A stretch of 62,980 nt of DNA, the filler included, from Welwitschia mirabilis (Eukaryota): NCBI GenBank assembly GCA_051453625.1. It is 6 parts of one record of this genome, joined end to end, with 100 filler letters (N's around TTAATTAATTAA, not from the genome) between each part and the next. Parts side by side here need not be neighbours in the genome. Positions count along the whole stretch, not along the records: positions 21,911 to 34,153 come from JBOZIK010000001.1; positions 34,254 to 46,500 come from JBOZIK010000001.1; 4 more parts are not named here. One strand, 5' to 3'. Shown here piece after piece: positions 24,901 through 34,949 of the stretch; positions within the stretch are counted from its first letter, which is position 1, and each line of letters begins with the position of its first letter. Position numbers and translations under genes: made by a program. Under the pieces are notes generated by a model. That model was given only the letters and a program-made list of their open reading frames with translations, was not told the DNA's origin and ran no database searches.

Positions 24901-27900
24901 CCATTTCAAGTAGAATTTCAACCCAAAGGCCAAGGACTTTGTGAGCAGAAACACTTCACACACCACACACAACATCAACATAGTTCCATCAACAAGCATA
25001 CTTCAACATTAAACTTTGCAATCTTCATGTCAACATGAGAACCTAGAGAAGATAATGCCTGATTTTAGTTAATATAAGAAGAACTTTCTCATTGAACTAT
25101 GACTACTAATCCAAGGTTAAAACTTAATTGGGAGGATTTTTCTTGACTATGTGAAAGGTTTGCTACCTTTCAGATCTGCCCTCCGAACAAACAATGCCAC
25201 TTCATCCACTCTAAACTCTGTTCAAGTAATTGACCTTCCAAAGACAACAAAATTAAAAATGCATCAACATATTTTTTTCAAAGCAGTGAAAGTTGTTTTT
25301 TCTACCATTTCTAAATATGTTGTTGCTTTAATGATACGTTGATACAGGTGAAGTAAATAGTGTATCAAATACTGACCAACATGGATCCTATTTCAAGTGA
25401 AAGTAAGGCTAATTATTCTGTGTGGCTCTTTCTAGATCTATAAGAAAGCTCTTCAGTCTTTACTACCCTAAACATCGTCCACGCATTGTCACTCATGCTG
25501 TGATGTTTTACTTCTATAGAACATGTTCATACTTACATTTTAAGGAATGAGATACACAACATGCAGAATAATTCATATCAGTGTGCAATGGTACATGGAG
25601 GATCAACAAAAGAAGTAATTGCATCATTAGGCCACAATGTGCCACTGTTGTCAATAACACATTCTAAATTTGCAGGCAAAGTCAATGGCTTTCACCCTCT
25701 TTCTACATAAAGAATGGACCAAATTTGACTGAACATGTTTTGTTGAGAGTAAGATTTTTTAATTTTTATGAGGCTTCTTTTCTTTTTTTGAGGACATTAG
25801 TTCATGGGAAACTCTACTGCATTCACCACAATCACTATCACTTGTTTGCTTGGCTAGATAAAAACCAATGGGTGGCCCCTGCTGGTTAGGAGGGAGTGTT
25901 TTGTATCAAACAGACAAATAATTACAGTTACTAGATAAGCAAGTTTTGCAACATGGCAGACAAATTAGTATGTAACATTCATAACCCTTTTAGGTAGGAG
26001 AGGACAAACGCACAACAGGTAGGGGGGGTAACTACGCTGTAGACACTCACAGGCCTCATATGCTTATGGTACTCCTTGTCATAAACGAAAAAAGAACCAA
26101 AATGAGTACTGTGCCATGCTGTAGTCCAAGTCCATGGTGCCTAGTAGCCTAGCTGGCAAGCCCTAATTGTGGTGAGTAGTTAAGGGGGTATGTTAGTTTT
26201 GGGTGAAATGATGACACGGGGAATGTGGCATAAGTTGGGATGGTCACCTATGGAAAAGTGACAAGCAATACTCCCCCCTCAATGTCTCTAGAAGAAAAAA
26301 CAACAAACAGATTATGCTATATGAATTAATTAATAATGGATTAGTTTCTGTTGGAGATATTACATGGTAATTCTCTTGATCCAATTTTGCCTAAAGTTAG
26401 TGCAAGCACCAATTCAAATAGATAGGCGCAACCCATGATTCAAAAAGAGTGACACGTAGGCCAATAAACCTGAAGGGTTTATGTCTTTTGCAAGGGGACA
26501 TTTTCTCCCGACATTTTCAAAAAGTCTGCCACACATAGTCATAAGTAAAAATCTGCAACATGTCACAGCTTAGAACGTCATGCACAATAGGCAAAAAATG
26601 GAGAACAAAAAGAATTGCAAAGGTTAGATTTGTGGCATTTACATGATAATTGGCTTCCAATTCATTTATGCACATCAAATGATCTTTTCATTACTTAGTT
26701 TTATTTCTTTTTAGCTCATACTATGCATGACTCTTCTCAAATTAATAATTCAAAGATTTTTTAAAAAATAATTGTAGACGTTCTGCAACGACATTTTGTG
26801 CCAACATGATAAAATGTCTCCTCAGGATGACTTTTTCAATCAGCCATCACCAATCAGTTGCCAACATTGTTCAACGATTCGAATGAAAGAAATCAATGCC
26901 TTCAAGAAGACTATGACACAATCTTGTGTTTTATTTTTAAAAAAAAAAGAAAAGTATAAAATATCAGCTCATCTACTCACTTCAGCTGTCAAAATGGCAT
27001 TAAGTCCATCTTGCAATGCAGGCAGAATATTTGCTTCCTGCAAGGCAAAGATACATTAGGAAAAATGAAGCACAGGTGTTTATGTTAGAAAATCTAAAGG
27101 TAGAATTCTTTATGCAGCCATTTGATCTTGTAAAAGAATAACTGTAACTGATACCTCCACTCCCAATCGTGCATTTAAAAGTAGCCGAAATTCTTTTGGA
27201 TCTTCAAATATTTGAATAGCACAAGAATCGATAGATTTGACAGTGTCTTCATTAGTATCCTTGCATGTTGACTGACTGAATGCTAGTTTGGGAGGTTTTC
27301 CAAGCAGTACAGGGAGAAAAATTGATGCATTTTGCTTTCCATTTCTGGACAACTCAGCATTTGGTTGGACACAGTGCAACTGAAAAGGAGCTTGGGCAAC
27401 ATGAAATGCATCCCATAATTCAGTGCCATAGCTGCTCAAGAAGGAAATTATAAACAAAATTATTCTCATTAACAACTTAGGGAAAAAAATGCAAACGTAA
27501 TTTTTGGGTAGTTACTCGAGACGGCACAGTGCATGCGCTCAATCTACATTGCAGGAATTTTTTTAGAAGAAGCACAGTAAAAAAGCACAACATATTTTTC
27601 ATCGCTATCATCATCATGCCACATTGTTGTTATCTCATTGTTATCATCATAGCTTGATTTATCATGGATTTACTATAGGATTTGGATTCCAAAAAATTTT
27701 TCAGGCACTAGCTGATTACACAACACTTAGTTTAGTTCTAATGTGGCCCTCAATATCACAAATGGATTTGAACTCATAGCCTACCATAAAGAAGCGTATC
27801 TCCTTACCAATAAGCTAAAAGACAATGCATTACAACAATAGAAAAACTGTTTCAAGCCCTTTCAAAGAAAGTACCACTCTAAAGCTGTCAAATAATTCCA

Positions 27901-28408
27901 GCAATTTCATGTTCACAATTCAATGTGTTTCAAATTAATCAAGCACTGGCATTGTTCCTCAGAAAGGAATACAGATCCAATTTCAGAAAGACCTCTGAAA
28001 GGAATACAAACCCAATTTCAGAAAGATCTAAAAGACAAACATTAACTTCCTCGAGAAATAAAACAAAAAGAGGGACAAGCATTTACCTTTGCAAAGCTGA
28101 AAAAAATGCTTGTCGGAATGATATAACCAATGATTTTGTCAAAGACGTTTTCCAAGAAATCACATGTGAAAAGCCCTGAAAAGTATAACATTGGGTAATA
28201 TTACAACAGTTAATCACATGGAATCAAGACATCAGCCTTGTAGGTTTCACAAAAGGTAAGGTGGCACCTCAAGTTAATAAAATAGGATGCCTTTAAGTAC
28301 ACCTAAAACATACTAGCAACAACATTTGAAGCCTGTAACAAAAAGATAAAATACCTGTGTGGACAATCCTTCTCCCAGTTTAAGACTGTTAGAAATCTCC
28401 AGACAAAC
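3648..28408 (-). CDS. ARID4: ARID4-like AT-rich interactive domain protein, partial spliced CDS: join of 28355-28408, 28087-28175, 27155-27431, 26981-27037, 23155-23186, 10273-10408, 4401-4574, 3648-4307
   Basis: Eight exons with canonical AG/GT borders and compatible phases give 1479 nt = 493 codons with no stop. The peptides are collinear with plant ARID4 as recalled: VCLEISNS~VYLELPNG, HVISWK~YVIYWK, LWDAFHVAQAPFQLHC~TWDVFHVAEASFRLYC, LQDGLNAIL~LMDGLNALL, RGMVTMRCDV~RGVVTMRCDV, LLEHGIRRE~LLENHIKHE, ILRQLA~VLRQLA, LRPVPH~LRPIPH, KHGCSR..EDCTE~KHDCGR..VCSE. The ARID and PHD exons are not in the window. Confidence 0.9.
4401..4574 (-). CDS. ARID4: ARID4-like exon (LLEHGIRRELLNRSQ...IASGASTMEATIKAPAWAGQ)
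   Basis: Acceptor CAG 4577-4575, donor GT 4400-4399; 174 nt; followed by a 93-nt intron. Confidence 0.92.
5550..6560 (+). mobile_element. Truncated Ty3/gypsy-like element: LTR 5550-6126, tRNA-Met PBS, start of gag
   Basis: TGTAAG...CATCA, perfect PBS TGGTATCAGAGC at 6130-6141, then a frameshifted gag-like remnant (MKPYEGSMQPENL..IHGIEKYL). Confidence 0.7.
7164..9180 (-). mobile_element. Gag-only copia-type LTR element (TR-GAG-like), about 2.0 kb
   Basis: Direct repeats ~7164-7486 and 8893-9180 end in the identical AACATAATAAAAAGGGGAAGATTTGGCTTCACTTTTCTAACA. Decayed PBS 8879-8890, PPT 7487-7497, UBN2-like gag remnant (ORF 8175..8525) and zinc knuckle CWHCKELGHVKKNC at ~7995-8040. No pol. TSD not recognisable. 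Confidence 0.8.
9936..9969. repeat. (GA)n microsatellite
   Basis: Perfect AG dinucleotide run. Confidence 0.95.
10273..10408 (-). CDS. ARID4: ARID4-like exon (APLPPAAASTLVRGMVTMRCDVCTSNFARLSFIVSGSADVCLKDE)
   Basis: Acceptor CAG 10411-10409, donor GT 10272-10271; 136 nt; carries the conserved RGxVTMRCD motif. Confidence 0.92.
10650..12240 (+). mobile_element. Decayed L1-type LINE ORF2 3' fragment
   Basis: Ordered remnants DDTMIV (~10735), SGLNL, KYLGI (~10910), LESWTTSFLS, IISPIL and LAIWEASN (~12190), with many stops and frameshifts. Boundaries approximate. Confidence 0.55.
14292..14653 (+). mobile_element. Solo copia-type LTR inserted in the LINE RT region (contains a 69-N gap)
   Basis: TGTTGG...TTAACA termini; flanks GCTGG/GCTAG (1 mismatch); LINE reading resumes on the far side. 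Confidence 0.8.
14937..19440 (-). mobile_element. Non-autonomous LTR element with ~240-bp LTRs and no recognisable gag-pol
   Basis: LTRs 14937-15179 and 19206-19440 share ACCATGTGTATT and AATATATACCTTTCTTTATTAAGGG. PBS TGGTATCAGAAA at 19194-19205, purine-rich tract 15180-15193, TSD AGACT/AGAAT. Confidence 0.82.
18317..19050. mobile_element. Possible non-autonomous DNA element nested in the short-LTR element
   Basis: GATC-rich ends and an AT-rich core, similar in style to 1-442. TIRs are degenerate and no clean TSD is present. Confidence 0.3.
20786..21810 (-). mobile_element. Ty1/copia 3' fragment: RNase H remnant, PPT and 3' LTR (20786-21132)
   Basis: GYVDVDYAG*RDTRRSIRGYVFTFGGRAV, STTEAEYVALIEATKEMLW and HLARNPVYHARTKRLDV; PPT 21133-21143; LTR ends GCTTCACTTTTCCAACA; runs into the gap at 21811. 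Confidence 0.85.
22704..23081 (-). mobile_element. Solo copia-type LTR (378 bp)
   Basis: TGTCA...TAACA termini; flanks CTGAA/TTGAA; TTTGGCTTCA terminal motif and ATGAGGTTCG motif as in the LTR at 7164-7486. Confidence 0.75.
23155..23186 (-). CDS. ARID4: ARID4-like 32-nt micro-exon (VRNVRLVHRM+S)
   Basis: Acceptor CAG 23189-23187, donor GT 23154-23153. Its phase exactly bridges the neighbouring exons, and it corresponds to MRGSKLHNRSS of Arabidopsis ARID4. Confidence 0.82.
23743..25040 (-). mobile_element. Copia-type 3' LTR (23743-24499) with PPT and adjacent interior, apparently containing a second LTR (24065-24476)
   Basis: Outer TGTTAA...ATAACA followed by a PPT-like GTCTCCAACTTT. Inner TATTAG...TTTGGCTTCACATTCCAACA. 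The inner TSD is weak (CAAAA/CATAT). Confidence 0.5.
26981..27037 (-). CDS. ARID4: ARID4-like exon (EANILPALQDGLNAILTAE)
   Basis: Acceptor CAG 27040-27038, donor GTGAG from 26980; 57 nt; DGLNA motif. Confidence 0.9.
27155..27431 (-). CDS. ARID4: ARID4-like exon (YGTELWDAFHVAQAPFQLHC...LLGKPPK...FRLLLNARLGVE)
   Basis: Acceptor CAG 27434-27432, donor GT 27154-27153; 277 nt; inside ORF 27110..27475. Confidence 0.9.
27700..27820 (-). mobile_element. tRNA-derived SINE-like head
   Basis: Minus-strand A-box-like TAGCTTATTGG (27817-27807) and B-box-like GAGTTCAAATCC (27775-27764) at tRNA-like spacing; no cloverleaf evident. Confidence 0.5.
28087..28175 (-). CDS. ARID4: ARID4-like exon (GFSHVISWKTSLTKSLVISFRQAFFSALQ+S)
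   Basis: Acceptor CAG 28178-28176, donor GTAAA from 28086; 89 nt. Confidence 0.88.
28355..28408 (-). CDS. ARID4: ARID4-like exon (VCLEISNSLKLGEGLSTQ)
   Basis: Acceptor TAG 28411-28409, donor GT 28354-28353; 54 nt; same length as the recalled homologous peptide VYLELPNGEELAQALYSK. Confidence 0.85.
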
Positions 28409-29139
28409 CTACATAAACCATCAGTTCACTATGAAAACTTTCTTGTCAGATAAAGTTAAAAGCAATCTTCAAAAACTGTTTTCGAGGTATAAAGCTAGAG
28501 TGCATTTAGTTGTGGAAATCATGCTTCATCATCTAAGCAAATGGTAATAAGTGTATCACACCATTTAAATACGAAATTCAAACAAAAAAAATCTTCTTTA
28601 CCATTGCGCCATATAGAGAGTTGGAAAGGAGAACAAGATGGTAAGCGTGGGCAAGCCAACCGACAATAGTGAGCCCAAGTTCAGTTTTCCCTTTCCACCA
28701 ATTTAAGTTGTACATGATATAGCTTGTTAAAGGTAACTTCAGTTTATAATTTCCCCTTCGCGAATATTTTAATTAGTGAGGAAATTTAATTATTAAAAAG
28801 GGTTGATATTTTCTAAAGGGCTCAGCCTAATTAAGATCCTGAATTTGGACTTTGTCAGGCCTTATCAAATCAGGACATGATTCAATTTTTCTGTGAAGAA
28901 CTGTACTTAAAGTGTTACAGAATCTCTCAAGCCATGCTTTGATCTGGTGGCTTCTTTCCAACTTGGTAATATAATAATAGCTTTTCACTATTTGAAGAAG
29001 ATCATTCTGGAAGATATTCTTGCACAGAAAACTTAACATTTGTATCCATATAACGTCTGGGGTGTTGATTCATGGACAGTGACGGGGTCCCCTAACCCGT
29101 TGCCCAGGGAAAGGAGTCATGAGGTCTCGGTTAGAAATC

Positions 29140-32100
29140 AAATCTCAATAGAATGTCTGATATTAACTAGGATGAAACTGACATGAAGACTATGTTTCTG
29201 ATTAGACATCATCTCAGTCCAGGGATGGTGTTTGCTTACATGAAGAAAACAACCATGACCTTTGAAAAAAGTGTAACTCCTATTACGACCAGTAGTCTGG
29301 AAAGCTACTTTATGTCCCAAAGAGAGCATTCAAGATAAAGACGCGAGATGCAATGTCTTTTCAAGCCCATCTTGATGGGCAAATGGTATTTTTACATACA
29401 TCACTGGTTTAATAACTCAACTGTCTGAGGAACTAATGTCTTTGTAGTACTTGTGTCCATTGTAGCAAGACTCACACTTGCCATCAAACTCGGCTAGGGG
29501 AGGAACTCCTCACTTGGCCCGGCTCAGGACAGACTCATGCGAAGTTAGGAAGAGTCACACAAACTCACGAATTTTATGACAAAACTCACACCCTGCAAGT
29601 TTCTCTGTCACAGAGTGAACGGTACTGATTAACTCATGAGGAGGCAAGTACACCCTCGTCGCAATTCTTGCTACAATGCTTCTGTCTCTTCCTAACAGTT
29701 GCAAACCCAATATGACTTCAGCCATGACTTCTACCAGGAAAAACCTCTTGAAGCAGCAGGATTCAATTCCTACCTTGTTGGATTTTCAAACCCAAAGCTG
29801 CAGTGTATCTTGATGCAAGTCTTTAGTTATGGCATCGCAATTAATATAGAGGGCATGATGGTAAAAATGAAAACTAAGGAAAATATGCTTGTAGAAATGT
29901 CTATTAGTGATACTGTACAAAGAAGAATCATTGCAGAAAAGACTATTAGGTAGTGAAGGCAAGGCAAAAGTGAGAACAGTACTTTCAAAAAGGCACATAA
30001 GTAGCCATCTAGCCACATAGGTATAGTAGAAGATAACACCCTTGCAAACATTATAGAGGCTGTCTGTCCAAACATATCAATGCTTTCATCAAACAATTAT
30101 CTTGACTTGGCTGATAGTAGAAAATGTGAAATCCATGGATCGCATTGGTACAACTGCCCTCAAACGAAAGGAGAAAGACTGTTCCATATTATAAAATGTT
30201 TGCCATGTTCCTGTTTTGGCAAAGAACTCTGCTTTTACAAGTCAACTTGATTCACTATGCTGTACAGTTCCTATTAGCGGAGACAGCTAGAAAATGTCCA
30301 AAGAGGCTATAGTATTGGAACATGGAATTAATAGAGCACCACTATATCTATATTATTAGAGCTGATTAAATCCATCAGCAGAGTAATCTGACTGAAGTTT
30401 CAAATCATTGCAGTGGCAATGCATGCATCCTATCAGTTCACTATTGGATTATTCAGGATGTGATAGAAGTGTTGGGAGGCAACGAGTTTCTAATTCAAGA
30501 TCCAAACAAGCCCAAAATAATTCTACTCAGTGAACGCTTCACAAGGAGTAAAAAGATTTCAATAAAATCAATACGTGGTTTTTGTGCAAAATCTTTCACC
30601 AACAACATTGCTGTGTATGCTTTCAAACCATTTCAATCCTTTTTATTACTGAGAACCAAACTGCTAGGAAAAGCCTTCCTTTCCTTTGGCAGAGGCACAA
30701 GATCACCAACTTCAATTTTCAAGCAGTGATCTCCATTTTTCATTCATAGGCTTTTCCCACTTTTGGATTCACAAGAGGACCTAGCTTCTGCAATAGTTTC
30801 AGGTTCCCCACATCCTGATGGTAGTATGTTGGTTTATTGTTAGCCAACTCCTTTTCTTTCTTGGCTTTGAGCTTGTAGCATTCCTTGACATAACCCTTCT
30901 TCTTGCAGAAGCAACACTCCAAGTTTCTATTTTAGGAGGGATACAGCAGTCTTGCTTCTCCCCTCGTTTTGGAAGTTTACCCTTCCAAAAGCTTCCTTTT
31001 AGATCCTTAAGAGTGGAAATGACACTGTAAAACAAAAAATTACCACTACTCATGAACATGGTTATGATTGTCACAATGAGGGCCTAGACACTAGAGTGTG
31101 CCATGTATAAAAACATTATACTCCTCATAGTTTACAAATGTTGCCCTCATTTCGATCAGCTTATCCACATGATCATGCAAAGAAACCCTTCCTTCATCCA
31201 CACTTTAAAAACTTTCTGCTAGACACGGAACCAATTTAACCCAGCCGCCTTGTCCAATATGTTCACTTTTCTCAACGAACAGCAGCATCTAGCTCATTGG
31301 TTAAAGGCAGCAAAATGTCATTGCTTACAGAAGAAACCATGAAAGGTGGGGCTCTCACTTTCATCTTTATCCAATCAACATTTTCAATTGCAGAGGGTTG
31401 TGGATATGAAGAGGGAATTACCACAATCTTGCTTCATCAAAATATGTTTCAACATGGTGCTTCAAATGTTATAGTTTTCTCCAATGAGACTGATCATCAT
31501 TTGGAATGGCAGGTTGGATGCGAACATGGATTTACCACAATCCTGCTTCATCAAAGTATCTTTCATCGTGATGCTACAATTATTCTAGTTTTGTCCAACA
31601 AAGACAGGTCATCATTTGCAATCACTCCATTTATACAGTTTCAGGAAATAAAGTACTTCATGAATCATACAGATGCACTACATCGATGCTATATAGATGC
31701 CCTCGCTTTGCCTCACTCCACGTGCTCACTCTAATCATACACAACATCACATTCGCTCTATCTATTCTTAGACTCACTATGCGATACTGCACTCAAAGCA
31801 CAAAACCCTAGCCTGGGCTCTGATACTAGTTGATGTGAAAAACATAATAAAAACAAACAACAAACACGAGACACCAAATTAGCATGGTTCAGTTCCTTTC
31901 TGCCTTGAGTTCGTAGAAGAGTGCAAAGCTGTTGATTCAATTAGAGAAACAAAGGCAGAAGTTGTCCTCAATAGCTCCAATTAGGTGTACAATCACTGAA
32001 AAGTCAAGACCAAGAGAGTGGATTACATTCACCATTACACCTTCTATATGCCCACATTAAGGTTCGAAACCCTAACAGGAGGGATAGAACCCTACAAATA

Positions 32101-32230
32101 CATTGACCCCTTATTAATTAAATAGCCTGGCCCCCATCCAAAAGTGACTCTATAACATATGAGGATACCTTTTCCTTACAAGATAGAAGGGGAAAATATA
32201 CTAGAGAAAAGATTTGACTTCACTCTAACA
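29140..32230 (-). mobile_element. Decayed Ty1/copia element: 5' LTR 31831-32230, PBS, gag/protease remnants
   Basis: LTR ends GATTTGACTTCACTCTAACA; PBS TAGTATCAGAGC at 31817-31828; zinc-knuckle remnant CCFCKKKGYVKECYKLK (ORF 30740..30922). Left boundary uncertain. Confidence 0.7.
29458..29678. mobile_element. hAT-type MITE (221 bp)
   Basis: Perfect 13-bp TIR CATTGTAGCAAGA/TCTTGCTACAATG; 8-bp TSD CTTGTGTC/CTTCTGTC; repeated ACTC(A/G) internal motifs. Confidence 0.88.
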
Positions 32231-33898
32231 ATGAAGAAATCAATCTCTATTATACTTAGTAAAGTGGTGTCTAAGAAATCTGTCAATCAACATCTGAGTA
32301 CATTAATGGAAGAATTTTTGACAATTCAAGAAAAAAAACTCATTAGTTGACAGCAAACAAGCCATGCTAAACATTCAATTACAAAGCATCTTTGCTCTTT
32401 GAGTTTAAGTTTGCAAGATGAGAAGTATGAGATATAATATGTGTCAAATTATGAACTGAAATAGAGTCAATAAAAAATAAATATAATGATAAATAATAAA
32501 TGAAAGGAAGGCACTGAATGTATAAATATAGGAGATAGTTGAACGAATTCACTTATTTCCCTCATGCAACTTGGGGTCAGTACTCTTATATACTATGTAG
32601 GGATTGGCTGCTAAATATTTAATGATTCTTTAGTTTTGATATGACCATCAAATCTTCAATTAAGTTCTGATATGGCATGAGCTGTTGCTAGAAGTCTTTA
32701 AATAGTAGTTCTGCTTCGTCGCTTTAATAAAAGGCTTAGAAATGTGATACAAATTGGCATGAGTAACTTCCATTTTGTATTCCTGCTTCACAACATTTTC
32801 AAGCCGTGGATCCCTTCAACATCAAAACTTTATTTATTAATTAGTCATCTGTTAAACACAAAATTTCTATGCAACAAATGAATATGTTTATACAATAAAG
32901 TACAGGAATTGGAGAGCTAAAACATGGATGCAACACCTTCTATATCAATAGAAGCAACAACTAATACAAAAAGGAGAAGGAGCAAACACAAGCGTTAGAA
33001 GGAATAAACACCTGCACTGGACGAAACAACGGCAAATCAAAGCAGGTAAAGGGTAAAACATTTACATCAAAATTGACAAAAACATTCATTGCAACTATCA
33101 AAGAAGAATTATCAGAAGAGGAAAAAGCAACAGATGTGACATGATGAAGAAGAAAGAAAATCAGAGGGTCCAATTTCTAAAATTCAAATGCTTGGCATTT
33201 GCACTCGAATTCACTTGGCTCTTTCAATTCTCCGATCAATGTCACTTTCACATGACTTTCTTGCTAATTGTGTAAACCACAAAAGCAAAGCTCAATTTCT
33301 GATATCCATAAACAATATTGTTCTCATTTGTATTATTCACATTGTGTTTCACTCTATCCCTCATTTTACTGAGTTTCCCACCTCCCAATTCACTCGCAAT
33401 TTCAAAGTTTTCAAGCCACACCTTGCTCAGAACACAAAACACTATGTAGGCACAACCAGTTTGATGAATTAATTGTTAAGGTGCCAGCCTAAATATTGTA
33501 TTAGATTTTATATTTTATATTACAATATTCATATGTGGTAATATCGTAAAGGAAGGCTAGCCTTTGGTAGTTCATTTACATGTTGTAATTAAATGATAAA
33601 ATATGAAGTAAGGCTTATGAATAAACGGAGGGTGAAACTTAAGGCATCATGTTGTTATTTAAGTGTCCAGCTAAATCTACTGAATGGCTTATGTTGATAA
33701 AGCTTAGGAAAGAAAGTTCACATGAAAAGATGCAGTTCTTTTATATCCTAAGTTCAATTTGCAATATCTAGGTTCAAAGATTTAAAGCTCTAGGAGTTCA
33801 ATAACTATTAATTTGATTAAAGAAAAATACGATAATCTTAATCTCAATAAGTTAGATATACAAACAATCACATAAAATTTTGTAGGACTAACTGAAGT

Positions 33899-34153
33899 TG
33901 ATAATAACAGGTTGTTCCAAAAATGCAGTAGAGCAAAAACAAAATGCGAGCATCAAGACACCAGATTTACGTGGAAAACCCCAATGTGGGAAAAACCACA
34001 GAAGCAAAGCAAAGCTCTCTTATTTGAATGAAAAGGCAAGGACACAAGCCACCACAATACCCAACATTACAATGCTTGACTCACACACACATACACTCCA
34101 TGCCTCTATTCCCTTTCTATAGATTTTCTTTTAGGGTAGAAACCTCTATTTAT
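33899..34153 (-). mobile_element. Partial copia-type LTR running into a gap
   Basis: TTTACGTGGAAAACCCC..GGGAAAAACCAC matches the LTR at 20786-21132 and the reverse complement of 14560-14600. Confidence 0.6.
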
Positions 34154-34949
34154 NNNNNNNNNNNNNNNNNNNNNNNNNNNNNNNNNNNNNNNNNNNNTTA
34201 ATTAATTAANNNNNNNNNNNNNNNNNNNNNNNNNNNNNNNNNNNNNNNNNNNNCAAGACATGCATCAAAAGAATACATGCATAAATCTCAAAGTTGTCAT
34301 GTGGCACAATGACACAAACTCTTCAATTCCAATGAATAAGGCAATGAGTATGCTATGAACCAAGTGCTCTTACACATCTCAAGAACATAAAAGTCATGGC
34401 AGGGTAAATCTACTTATGTATCATTCTTAGTTCTAGGTAAGAGTACATGTACTTGTTTAAATGCTCATTTATTTCAAAATGTATAAAATCTATCAATCAC
34501 ATAACACAAAAAAAAATATTTATTCATAATAGTATGCCTATCACATTTACCAAAAATCTAAATGAGTAAATAAGATGCAAAATATATTATTATGTCCTCT
34601 TGAAACCTTTAATTTATTAGTTTAATCATGTGATTTTAATTCTTCACATAATAGGATTATGTAAATTTTAAATGTTTGGAAAGATTTTTTGATAAAACCT
34701 TTTAACATGATTTTTATCATTTTCATAGTAAATTATAAAGACTACAAAGTAAAGTTAACTTTAAAATGACATTTTATTTGATAAGAAACTTAAATAAGGA
34801 TAAATATTCATTTGACTGAAAGCTTAATATACTTAATGTTCAAGTAAATAAGGTGTACAAAATATGGGATATGACAAGTGTATGCATAAAATTTTGACCA
34901 TTGGCTAGCTTAATGGATTAATTTAAAAGAAAGTGAAAATGAAAAAGGA

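Noticed and set aside
27764..27817. tRNA gene
   Set aside because: A and B boxes are present but there is no acceptor or anticodon stem; treated as a SINE head.
28602..28772. Homologous ARID4 coding exon
   Set aside because: The in-phase frame (KTELGLTIVGWLAHAYH...GAM) does not resemble the expected peptide; kept only as a candidate start exon.
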